Position numbers and translations under genes: made by a program
Shown: positions 1 to 10,260 of the stretch, piece by piece
Numbering within the stretch: position 1 is the first letter of the stretch
Layout: each line of letters starts with the position of its first letter
The notes under the pieces: model-generated
Told to the model about the DNA's origin: nothing
What the model saw: the letters and a program-made list of their open reading frames with translations, nothing else
Database searches by the model: none
NCBI RefSeq assembly: GCF_001194135.2
Contig: NC_068982.1
Location: 46,485,308-46,539,454, forward strand
DNA: 54,147 nt
Reading direction: 5' to 3'
Source of the DNA: Octopus bimaculoides
Taxonomy: Eukaryota

Positions 1-23
1 TATATATATATATATATATATAC

Positions 24-54
<31 letters not shown>

Positions 55-266
55 TGTATTTGTGTGTCTGTCTTTGTCTCCCCAACATCGCTTGACAACC
101 GATGTTGGTGTGTTTACGCCCCTGTAAGTTAGCGGTTCGGCAAAAGAGACCGATAGAATAAGTACTAGGCATACAAAGAATAGGTCCTGGCGTCGATTTG
201 TTCGGCTAAAGGCGGTGCTCTAGCATGGCCACAGTCAAATGACTGAGACATGTAAAAGAAATAAAA
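1..266 (+). mobile_element. SINE type A (octopus OR-like tRNA-derived SINE), internal microsatellite plus 3' half
   Basis: Body CTTGACAACCGATG..GGTTCGGCAAAA..GATAGAATAAGTACT and tail GGCGGTGCTC.AGCATGGCC.CAGTCAAATGACTGA match the copy at 19072-19456. Confidence 0.85.
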
Positions 267-284
267 GCAGTACTAAAGTCGATA

Positions 285-540
285 AAAGTAAAGTCCCCTT
301 CTCGAATCGTACCGACTCATAAGGGCCAGTTTCCTGGTTTCAATGGCGTATATATTCCCCACTTGTTCGGGACGCCAGGCCATCACTGGATTATTCATTT
401 TGTTAGCTAGGTGGACTGGAGCAACGTGAAATGAAGAGTTTTGCACAAGAACACAACACATCGCTCGGTCCAGGAATCGAAACCAATAATCTTACGATCA
501 TGAGTCTAACACCCTAACCACTAAGCCACGCGCCTCCACT
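285..540 (-). mobile_element. SINE type C (tRNA head, shared core, V-SINE-like 3' body)
   Basis: Minus strand: GGCGCGTGGCTTAGTGGTTAGG (A box), GGTTTCGATTCC (B box), core TTGTGCAAAACTCTTCATTTCACGTTGCTCCAGTC, then GATGGCCTGGCGTCCCG...GAAACCAGGAAACTGGCCC. Confidence 0.8.
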
Positions 541-1235
541 ACTAGGGGTCGATACTTTTGGTTAAAACCTTTCAAGCGCTGCTCCAGCATAGCCGCAGTC
601 CAAACACAGAAACACGTATAAGAGATAAAATCTAAAAGATACCGTATTTTGTTATATCCGCTTATGCTCTCTCGAGTTGCAATCCTGCAACAGTTGATCG
701 ATTTAACCCTTTCATTCATCTGAAGTCGATATAATACGTATCGTTCAAACACTGGATCAAATTAAATCCAATACTTCCCAGCCACGAACTGTGTGGCCTT
801 ATGCCAATGCTTTAGAAATCGATATTTATCTAAGTCAGACAGCTAACGTTGATGCTGTTGCTAACGGTCAGAATCTTCTGAACTTACCAAGACGAAATAC
901 GAATCTTTGTAACAATTTTAGAAGTTATAAAATCTATAATTATTGTTAATATAACCTGCGGTTAGTCAGTATTGCTGAGTCAGATTATATAGAGAAATTT
1001 AACGCAGTAGACGAAGGTATATGCATATTCTTGAGTTAGTGAGTGAGTGAGTGAGTGAGTGNNNNNNNNNNNNNNNNNNNNNNNNNNNNNNNNNNNNNNC
1101 TGTATGCAAGCGACATCACTAAATGAATTTGGCGGAGCAAGTTTGGTTGAATAATAAAATCACGAGTATATATTTTAAGCTGTTTTCGTAATCGATAATT
1201 GTGAGTCCTGTTATTAAAAAGAAGGGAGTCTACCA

Positions 1236-1318
1236 CTCTTTCTGTCTTCTTTGTCTTATATCTTTCATTTGTTTGTATCATTGGGCTGCAGCCATGCTGG
1301 GGACACCGTCTTTAAGGG
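1236..1318 (-). mobile_element. SINE type A 3' tail fragment
   Basis: Reverse complement ACGGTGTCCCCAGCATGGCTGCAGCCCAATGA matches the type A tail. Confidence 0.65.
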
Positions 1319-1499
1319 TGTGCGCGCGCGTGCTTGCTTGCGGCGTTCCACAATCGCCATTTATTTCAGTCACTTTTGTGAAGGTATTCACGTAACTCAT
1401 TTTTTCATTTAATCCCCATTTTAATTTTCAAAACAGTTTCCGTAGATGTAGATGATCAGTATTCTACAATGAAGCAAAGACGAGGACAGGTAGCCAGAA

Positions 1500-1979
1500 T
1501 CAATGTTGTCTTCTGCAACTCTGTTAACTCTATTTATTAAGTATGTGTGCAAATATATAAACAAAAGTCTAGATACTGCAACATACACTCTTATGCAGAA
1601 TGCAGTCAGTAGATAAATAAAAATGACGAAGTTGCGTAGTATGACAGGAAGATACATCAGTACCATTGAGGCTTTTAGCGCATCTTCAATTTTCTCATTC
1701 ATGAGAGGTACTCAGCCATCATTCATCTGAGTGTCCATCTAGAGAATAGTCACAGGGTTATCTTTACAAAATAAACAGTCTTGCAACAAGCACTTTCTCC
1801 AAAAGAAACTACTCTAACTGCCTTGTTTAAGTTGTGTCAAGTGGATGAAGTTGCAAGAAAACTCCTTTACCCACAATTACCCAAGTATTACTCCTCGAGA
1901 AACAATAAATGGCGCAAGAGGAAACGTGGGGCTGACGTTCTTGCAAGAGTTTGCACCTAAGACAAGCAGAATGCTAATA
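1500..1979 (+). mobile_element. Helitron RepHel relic, Rep-domain part (left of the mariner insertion)
   Basis: Manual translation across stops/frameshifts: ARINVVFCNSV, KYVCKYINK, GRYISTIEAF*RIFNFLIHERYSAIIHLSVHLEN, TTLTALFKLCQVDEVARKLLYPQLPKYY, NKWRKRKRG, QAEC. These are Helitron Rep consensus motifs. Confidence 0.85.
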
Positions 1980-3243
1980 TTAGGTTGTTCCGAAAATAAT
2001 GGCCGATTTCAGAAACAATTTTATTCTGGAAAAATTAGCAACAGAAATGTTTTGATTAGTCAAAGTATGAACTGTGAACATCTTTGTATCTCTGTCATCA
2101 ATCAACGAGATTATTTATGCCTCGTTAATAAAAACTTATTGGCTTTGTTGCTAAGAAATCTTTGAAAGTTGATTCCACCTCTGGTTTGGACCTGAAAGTT
2201 TTATCACTTAAATAACGTGTTTAAATTCTTTAATAAATGGTAGTCAATGGGTGAACGATCAGGAGAATATGGAGGATGTAGTAAAGTCTCGTATTCCAAG
2301 TCTGTGAGTTTCTGCAGAGACATTCTTGCAACATGTGGCTTTTCATTATTGTGGAGCAGAATTGGACCATGCCGATTCACCAATGCAGGTCTCATTTTTT
2401 GCAAGTGAGCGTGCGTTTCAGCTAGTTGATTGCAGTAAACCTCTGCTGTAATGCTCTGATTGGCTTCCAGAAAGTTGTAATGGACAACACCAATTGCAGA
2501 CCACCAGACAGTCACCATAATCTTTTGCTGATGCAATTTTGACTTTGGAAAATGTTTGGGGGACTCATCACGATTAAACCATTGACCTGATCGTTTACGG
2601 TTATCATAAAGGATTAACTTTTCATCACTAATGACTATTTGGTCAAGAAATGGATTATTGGTGCTTCGCAGAAAGAGCATCGAGCACACTTCAAAACGCC
2701 GAACTTTTTGATTTTCATTGAGTTCATGCAGTACCCATTTATCGAGCTTTTTCATCTTACCAGTCTTCTGCAGATTGTGTGAGATCGTTGCAATACCGAC
2801 ATCAAGTGCCTGAAACATTTCTCTCACACTTTGATGTGAGTTTTGTTCAACAATTGCTTTCAATTGTTTATTATCAAGACTGCATTACCATCCTCAACCT
2901 TCTTCATCTTCAAGGCTCTCAACACCACTACGGAGTTTCTGAAACTACCTTCGTACTGTGCGATCCCTTGTGGACCCCTCTCCCCATTCTCTGTTGACAT
3001 TGGTAGCGGAATGGGAGGTATTGTGCTCAAGCTTGAACTCATGCAAGAAAATTAAGAGAAGTTCCTTTTTTTTGTCATGTTCATAATTAAGGGCGCCTAT
3101 GCTTCTAGAATGTTTTCTGACTGAAATAAGTAGAAAATTATTAAGTATGTTGAAATTCACCTAAAATATAATTAAAATACTATAATAAAATTGCGTTTCA
3201 AAACACAACACCTAGAGCGGCCATTATTTTCTGAACAACCTAA
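1980..3243 (-). mobile_element. Full-length, inactive mariner transposon (Hsmar1/cecropia-like)
   Basis: 26-bp TIRs TTAGGTTGTTC(C/A)GAAAATAATGGCCG at 1980-2005 and 3218-3243, with TA duplication at 1978-79 and 3244-45. Transposase contains WVLHEL, VISDEK, LHNN (second catalytic D changed to N) and YSPDRSPIDY, with several in-frame stops. Confidence 0.95.
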
Positions 3244-3924
3244 TACTTACGGTTCCTTTTGCATGAAGTACGTGGTCCCAAATCATTCCAAGATTTGAGG
3301 AGGGTAAATGATCATTATTATAGGGAGGCAAGCTATCAATAACGTTTCTTAGAAAATGATGAACATTGGGATCTTGCATCAGTATGAATTAATGAATAAT
3401 ATTCAAACAGTCATTTAGGAGTACAAATCAGTTGATTCATTCTTTGATGAAATCAAGCTGTCCATTACACAACAGAGTTCCTTAATTCTTTTGAGCCACC
3501 TGTAACTCCTCAACATAAACTTTTTCTGAAGGTAGGAGTCCTAATAATGCTTCTAAGAAATTTCAATCCTCCTAAATTATGCAATGGGACAAAGTTGATT
3601 GTGAAGACATTATCACCTAATGTGACAGAAGCTATCATCATCACTGGATGTGCCTCTGGGGAAGAGGTTTTCATTCCAAGAATTCCAATCAAACCAACAG
3701 CCATGCCATTTGAGTTCAAACGTACACAATTCTTACTGCGACTTTGCTTCGCAATGTCTATTAATAAAGCTCATGGTCAGACCTTAAAATCTACTGACTC
3801 GCACTTAATTGAGCCTTGCTTTTCTCGTGGTCAACTTTATGTTGGTTGCTCCAGGGTTGGTAGTTTGCATGACTTATTTGTCTATGCTCCAAACCAGAAA
3901 ACAAAATATGTTGTTTACCCATAA
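3244..3924 (+). mobile_element. Helitron RepHel relic, end of Rep segment fused to PIF1-like helicase C-terminus
   Basis: YLRFLLHEVRGPKSFQDLR and FLENDEHWD, then a jump to EFLNSFEPP, HKLFLKVG, MLLRNFNPPKLCNGT, FAMSINKAHGQTL and GQLYVGCSRV (ORF 3547-3924). Confidence 0.9.
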
Positions 3925-3998
3925 GCTCTTACGTTATTTCCTTCAACACGTGATAGAATTTATCTCCCTTCATACACGTAGTAAATTTTGTATTTTCG

Positions 3999-4034
<36 letters not shown>

Positions 4035-4170
4035 TTAATTTTGTGTTATGAATTCAGAATTGATTTCCCAATTGAAGAATAAATTGAATTTAGAATAACA
4101 AATTCCTATACAGCATATTCTGCTTTTTTCTTCCAATATATGCCTCTACTAGTAATATATATATATATAT

Positions 4171-4329
4171 GACGGGCTTCTTTCAGTTTCCGTCTATCAA
4201 ATCCACTCACAAGACTTTGGTCATCCCGAGGCTATAGTAGAAGACACTTGCCCAAGCGTCACGCAGTGGGACTGAACTCGGAACCATGTGGTTGGGAAGC
4301 AAGCTTTTTATATGACACAGCCACGCCTG
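4171..4329 (-). mobile_element. SINE type A, 5' half
   Basis: Minus strand CAGGCGTGGCTGTGT..AAGCTTGCTTCCCAACCACATGGTTCCGAGTTCAGTCCCACTGCGTG..GACGGAAACTGAAAGAAGCCCGTC. Confidence 0.9.
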
Positions 4330-5139
4330 TAGACATCTCTGATGAAAACCAAATAAGTTTCGAAAATCGAATAAGGCTATTCCTCATATTTTCAATCTAT
4401 AGAAAAATAATTACTTTGTCATATTTTTATGTCTACTACGTAGCTTGATGCGCGCGCGCGCGTTGTGTGGTCTTATTTAAAATTGAAGTACTTTAGGCTT
4501 CTTTTTTTTTTGTCTGCAGGTTCCTTTTGCATTTATTTACGTATTTATTTTTGTCTGCGATCACTTTTTTAAAACAAATATTTAAGATAATAGATTCGAG
4601 GAGTTTTGAAGAAAATATTTTGAAGTATCGAGTTACATCCCTTTAATGTTTTCTGGATCAACTTCGTCCTTCATCTTTGCAAGGTAGATAGAATATGTAT
4701 TTGTCAATTATTTGAGCCGTAAAAACTGAGTATTGGCATGATATCACTCCATTGACAGCAGCCAGTAAAATAATAAGTGAATCATCATCATAACATCATC
4801 ATCATCATCATCATCCAAGTTAGCGACTTGCCTAGATCAATAAGTGACATTGGTCTTTCGATTGCTGAATGTCTCATCTGCGCATGCCACGACTACAGAT
4901 GATAGCAGTTGTTTACAAGCTGAACTGGTTGATTTTGGCCATTGACAGTTTGTTGACTGTTCATCCGCTCAGTTCGCTATGATACGCTCTTGTTTTAGTT
5001 CTTTTTCCCGTCACCTTGTTCGCTTCACAGCATTAACAATTAATCATGCTGCTACAGTAATCAATTGCGTTTCCTTATTAATATTACAGAATAATTATTT
5101 GTCAAAAAGCAAGTAAAAATTGTTATTATTATTTATGCA

Positions 5140-5480
5140 GAACAGATTTTATATCGTGCTAATTTTGGCTTCGAAACCGCTCATATAGAATGTTTTCAAA
5201 AACTACGCAACTATATCTCAATATATCTTTTCAGTTAAGTTGACATGATGAAGATAACTTGCAACAATATCTGGTAAATTTCAACTGAAATATTAACCGA
5301 AGTCAATACGGTACTATTACCTTCAGGCAGAGTCAAAGAAATACTATAAAGTTTAGCTAAAATTTGTATCATGCTATTATCTTCAGTAAAATTCATTGAT
5401 CGAAGATATTCTTGCCAGAAAAGTCAACCAATCAGAGATAATGAATTTAATGCATCAGTCCATCGTAATGTTATAAGTTC
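5140..5480 (+). mobile_element. Possible hAT transposase C-terminal (dimerization) relic
   Basis: LAKICIMLLSSVKFIDRRYSCQK at 5353-5421 resembles LA.I.L.LP.SS...ER.FS.Q; heavily decayed. Confidence 0.35.
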
Positions 5481-5680
5481 TTATTTGATATAGCTACGTT
5501 ACATTCAGAGGCTGTAACAGCTACAGAATTCATTCATTTCAACATCACTATAATTATGAATTATGATTTTATTAAAGAAGCAAAATAAACAAATACATAA
5601 ATTTTTAAAAAACTGTTCATTTTATGCTTTCTGATCTCTGGCACGTCATACACCTGCAACAAATATTATAACATCAAAAT

Positions 5681-5895
5681 TGGTTTCAAATTTTGATACA
5701 AGGCCAGCAATTTAGGGGGAAGGGCGTAAGTCGATTACATCGACTCCAGTGTCCAACTGATACCTATTTTATCGACCCTTAAAGGATGAAAGGTAAAATC
5801 GACCTCGGCAGAATTTGAACTCAGAACGTAAAGACGCACGAAATGCCGCTAAGTATTTTACCCAGTATGCTAAAGATTCTCCCAGATCACCGCCC
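5681..5895 (-). mobile_element. SINE type B (Meta-domain-like core)
   Basis: Minus strand: TTAGCGGCATTTCGTGCGTCTTTACGTTCTGAGTTCAAATTCTGCCGAGGTCGATTTTACCTTTCATCCTT..GGTCGATAAA. Confidence 0.85.
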
Positions 5896-6209
5896 TAAAT
5901 TATAGGACCAATATTAAGAGTCATAGCGTAGATATAGAATTTTCAAAGGACAAGTGGGATGCAACCTTAAAAGTGGTTATGGTTCCATACAGAAAACAAA
6001 ATCTTCTCCAAGACAGTGAGTATAGACTCTTTCTATATTTTGCACTTAGTGCATGCAAAAGGGTGAATTGTGATATTTCTTTCTGTTTGCACAATACTAT
6101 GCCCCTTATTTAAGCAGTTTAAGTGATTTCTATAAAATCAAGCAATAAGGAACTTCGTTATTAACGACGGAAGCAGTATTATTTTAAGATGGCATTTTGT
6201 AAGCCTTAA

Positions 6210-6820
6210 AGAAGTGGAATTGCTAAATCCGGATTTCTACCTAATTGCATTAGTATGAGGGGCATGCTTAGAGAAATTTAGCCACTACTTGTGATTAACG
6301 GATCACTGGTTTCGCAAACAACCGGCAGGCTTGGTAAAAATTCGTTATTAGCGATGAAACACTAAGTTCAAAATAGCATTCAGTATATCTTACTTAACGT
6401 GGATAAATTGTAGAAACCCCACGCAATTGCTGTATTCGTCTCCAGGAAACATCTCGTATGGATGTATAATGCTATAAAGCTTAGAAGCATATTAGTAGTG
6501 GACGAAAATCGTCCAGCAGCAGAGTTGGAATTGCTACATCCATTAGCAACCGTATACTTAGACAAACCTAGCCTCTACTTATATTGAAAAAAAAACAGTA
6601 CTTAACAAATCACTGATGTCGCAGACAGCCAGCAGACTTGGTAAAAATTCATTATTAGCATTAGTTCAAAATGGCATTCGGTATATCTTACTTAACGTGG
6701 ATTTACTGTAGAAAGCAATGAACTGTGGTATTCATCTCGAAAGGGCATCTTGTATAGATGTATAAGGCTAAAAAATCACAGAAGAATATCAATAGCAGAC
6801 TAAAAACCTCCGGCAGCGGA
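6210..6820. repeat. Diverged tandem duplication, about 307-bp period
   Basis: CTTGGTAAAAATTC.TTATTAGC and GTATATCTTACTTAACGTGGAT recur; units start at about 6296 and 6603. Confidence 0.8.
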
Positions 6821-7114
6821 TTTCTGTGTATTTGCGTGTCATAGGATGCTTCAAAACTATTTCCAGCTCAGCGAAAGCACTTTTCTCAGCAAACACTACC
6901 ATTTTCCAGAATAAGTCGAAGGCTATAAAGATTTTTATTCCTTATTAGCATCATAGGATATCAAAAAACAAACATACAGGGTACCTAGAGGTTAACAATG
7001 AAATCATGTTAGATTTCGTGAGATCAATCGTTCCAAAGATACATGTTTTCGGATCAACAGATATTTAAGTTTTCATTTTTAGAAATATTTAATAAAAGTG
7101 TGAGCCAACAGCAC

Positions 7115-7310
7115 AAGATCTTTTATGTAGTCGCTCAACTTGCTAGAAATAGCAACGAAATATCTTTTAAAACCACATCCTACAGTCTGAAAATATGACG
7201 CTTTGGATTATGTTGCCCATGGTACGGATATCCTGAAAAACGTACAAAAAGGATGGGATGATCCAGCGATTAACATACACCTAGGGCTGAATGAGAGATA
7301 AACAATAACA
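7115..7310 (-). mobile_element. Dispersed repeat family D
   Basis: Reverse complement of the GAGATTTGGCTGCTATTTCTAGCAAGTTGAGCGACTAC motif, also seen at about 18704, 28740, 30568, 40240 and 41640. Confidence 0.6.
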
Positions 7311-7884
7311 CATAACAGGGCAATGCATATTTTGCATTGGTGGGAATCAATAAAATTAGTGTCTATACTAACTTGGCGAACTGAAACATTCCATTGTTTT
7401 CATTTAGTTTAGGCGAAAATAACCCGGGTTTCTTCTTGTTTTACAATATGTGTTTTCAAAATTATCTTAAATTAATAACATAAAGGTTTATCTCTTCACG
7501 TTTAAATGTCACCTATTAGTATTGTTGTGTGGTCTCGTTCCCGTCACTCCTGCAGCTGTTGCTATCCTCAAATAGTTATTTACAAAAATATGGGGGTTTT
7601 TTTGTCGTTTAACTGTTCATATAATGTAATGTGTGTGTGTGTGTGTATGTGGGCGCGCGTGTGTGTGTGCTAGAGTATGTATGAGGGTAATAGTGGTGGT
7701 AATGATGACGGTGAAAGGTTTTGACAAAATTTATGAAATTATCCATGACAAGGGGAAAAATACATCAAAACTACTTGGGGTCGCATAATATAATACATGG
7801 ATTGAAAATACAAAAAAAACGGGAGAGTGAAGAAGATAATTTTATATGATAAAAGTAGGAGAAATAAATGTCTATATTTTGTAA

Positions 7885-7916
<32 letters not shown>

Positions 7917-8133
7917 CAAAAAGGTAAATAAGAAAATGCCATGAGAACTTTATCATGGAAAAGTATTTACAATTTTAACTAAGCTGTTATTGGTATCGAT
8001 CGCTTTAAAAAGACGATCCAGGTATGCTGAAATGAAATGAAAATAAATTGAAATAAACCAAATTAAATTTATCTTCCATAATATTTTTTCAGTATAAATT
8101 GACTCGTGTGAAATCGTTTAGTGTATATATACA

Positions 8134-8480
8134 CTAGCTAAGTAACCCGTCGTTACCGGATAATTTCCACAATAGAACGCCTTTACTTCAATTTTTTTAT
8201 TACATGTCTTCCCATGTCTTCCCCGATGGATCGACGGATAATCCTCTTGGTCAGAAAGGATTTCTTCATTATTTGACGTAATTTATCACGTCTCGTTAAA
8301 CGAAGTATTTTGTTTTTCCATGTAGTGCATAGGTGTAATGGTTTTTCTTACTTCCTACTCTTGAAAGAGCTAACCATGGGTGAAGTAGGGTTCTTCAATA
8401 TTTGTCTTTCGGATTTGTTGATGGTCATGTCAAAACTAAGAATCACTAGAAATTGAAGACGTTAGAATTGAAATCTGACA
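8134..8480 (-). mobile_element. Helitron 3' end with helicase C-terminal relic
   Basis: Minus translation FQF*RLQFLVILSFDMTINKS, EEPYFTHG*L, SRVGSK and GKTKYFV; decayed hairpin CCGGTAACGACGG followed by CTAG-T at 8134-8137. Confidence 0.8.
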
Positions 8481-9584
8481 TTGTTTTCTGAATCTGTGTG
8501 GCGGAGGCTCTTGTGCGCCTATCATCTAATGATTAGATTCTAATCGATGCATCCTATGCTCGGAGAGAAACAGAAAGACAGACATCGTAGGATGGGAACT
8601 TGGATCTCAATGTATTTGATATAAAGTGATCTACAAAATCGCAGATGTCAGCACTGTCATACAATTTCATCGATACATTGAACAATTCAACTGTATCGGA
8701 TTTTTAAACCCACGTTGAGCCCTTACTAAATAGAAATGTTTTTCTCGCATGCATTCTCTTGTAGTATTGGTATTATCCTATTGTTGTAGAATAGTTGCCT
8801 CTCTGATTTTGATATGAATATTCCTTATTATCTGGAGGGCGGCGGGGGCTACTAACCCGAGTTATGCGACAGCAACTTCAAAAGGTCGTTATACTAACCA
8901 CCTATCTACTTTCCCGCACATGGTTAAAAGTAAAGCTACTAAGTTGGCTAGCAACATATGGGGTTTGAAGCCCAACTCCTCACCTTATGCAATCAGATAG
9001 AAAATCGTAGATCCATATATTAATGAATAAAAACAATGTAAGCTATGCGTAGCTGAAAAATTACATATCCTTCCTTTTTAGATCTAAGAATTCCACCACA
9101 CTGCTGAATTCCTAATAAGAAATTTTCAGCAAATGCAAACTTATGGACAAATTTCCTTTGGCGAATTGGAGACAACCACCCCCTCTGTATTGAGCACCTG
9201 TATCGTTGACTTTAGACGCCTTCCATTGATTCTTCACCATCTTGTCTCGCTACTTTAGGATCAAAGGAGACATGACTCTAATTCTTCTTTTTCCTTTTTT
9301 CGTTTCCTTTTCCGATTTTTATTTATTTATTTATTTTTTAACCTTCCCTCATCTGTTTTTTTTCACATTTCTCTCATTCTATTGTAACATGCATAGGCCA
9401 TGTGCCCAGAGCCCGGAGATTACTTGGAGACATTTGGCGTGTTTTAAGACCCGCCTATATAATATCTTCAATGTATGAAATTATTTAGTAGCTCACAACT
9501 AAATACTATTCACTACTAAGCAATATTTATCTCTCACCAGATGGAATGCTTCTTTGTTGATCTTACTTCAAGAAAAAGTAAACT

Positions 9585-9586
9585 AT

Positions 9587-9620
<34 letters not shown>

Positions 9621-9720
9621 AGACACATACATACATACATACATACATACATACATACATACATACATACATACACACATATATGTGTGTGTGTATGTGT
9701 GTATTTATGTATTTATAAGG
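9585..9720. repeat. (CA)n/(TACA)n compound microsatellite
   Basis: Direct inspection. Confidence 0.9.
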
Positions 9721-9889
9721 TTTTAAATAACTTCAACATTGTCTACATTTTATGCTTCAAGTATTCTGATTTAACGTTGTGTTCTATATAAATATATACT
9801 ATTTAAATAAATGCTAAATATCTTGAGAACATGTATTGAGTTCTTCAGTCATTTAATATCTGTTGTTCTTTGTTATTAGGAAAATACAT

Positions 9890-10260
9890 GCGCTCACACA
9901 TATACACACACATATTCATATACATATACATACATATATAGATATGTGTACGTATACTATGCATGCATACATACATAACACGCTGTTGTATATATGTGTG
10001 TGAGTGTGTGTTTGTATGTTCATGTGTATGTATGTATAGATGTAGATTCAATTTCCTGATTTCATCAGTAAATAAACACACACGAACGAACAAGCACAGA
10101 CATATATGTATGTGTGTATGTATGCTTGTGTGTGTGTGTGTGCGTGTGTGTGTGCGTGCGTGTGTGTGTGCGTGTGCATGTATACTCACATAATACACGT
10201 GCCTACTTACATTCATTTACATATATATATATATATATATATATATACACGCAGATACAT
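9890..10260. repeat. Degenerate (TG)/(TA)/(TATG) microsatellite tract
   Basis: Direct inspection; explains the spurious H/T/V/C-rich ORFs. Confidence 0.9.

Noticed and set aside
397-540. tRNA-like sequences with A and B boxes (many copies)
   Set aside because: These are SINE heads followed by SINE cores, without complete cloverleafs; not tRNA genes.
8535-8700. Open minus frame DTVELFNVSMKLYDSADICDFVDHFISNTLRSKFPSYDVCLS
   Set aside because: No convincing splice sites or start, no recognised homolog; it lies within or next to a Helitron relic.
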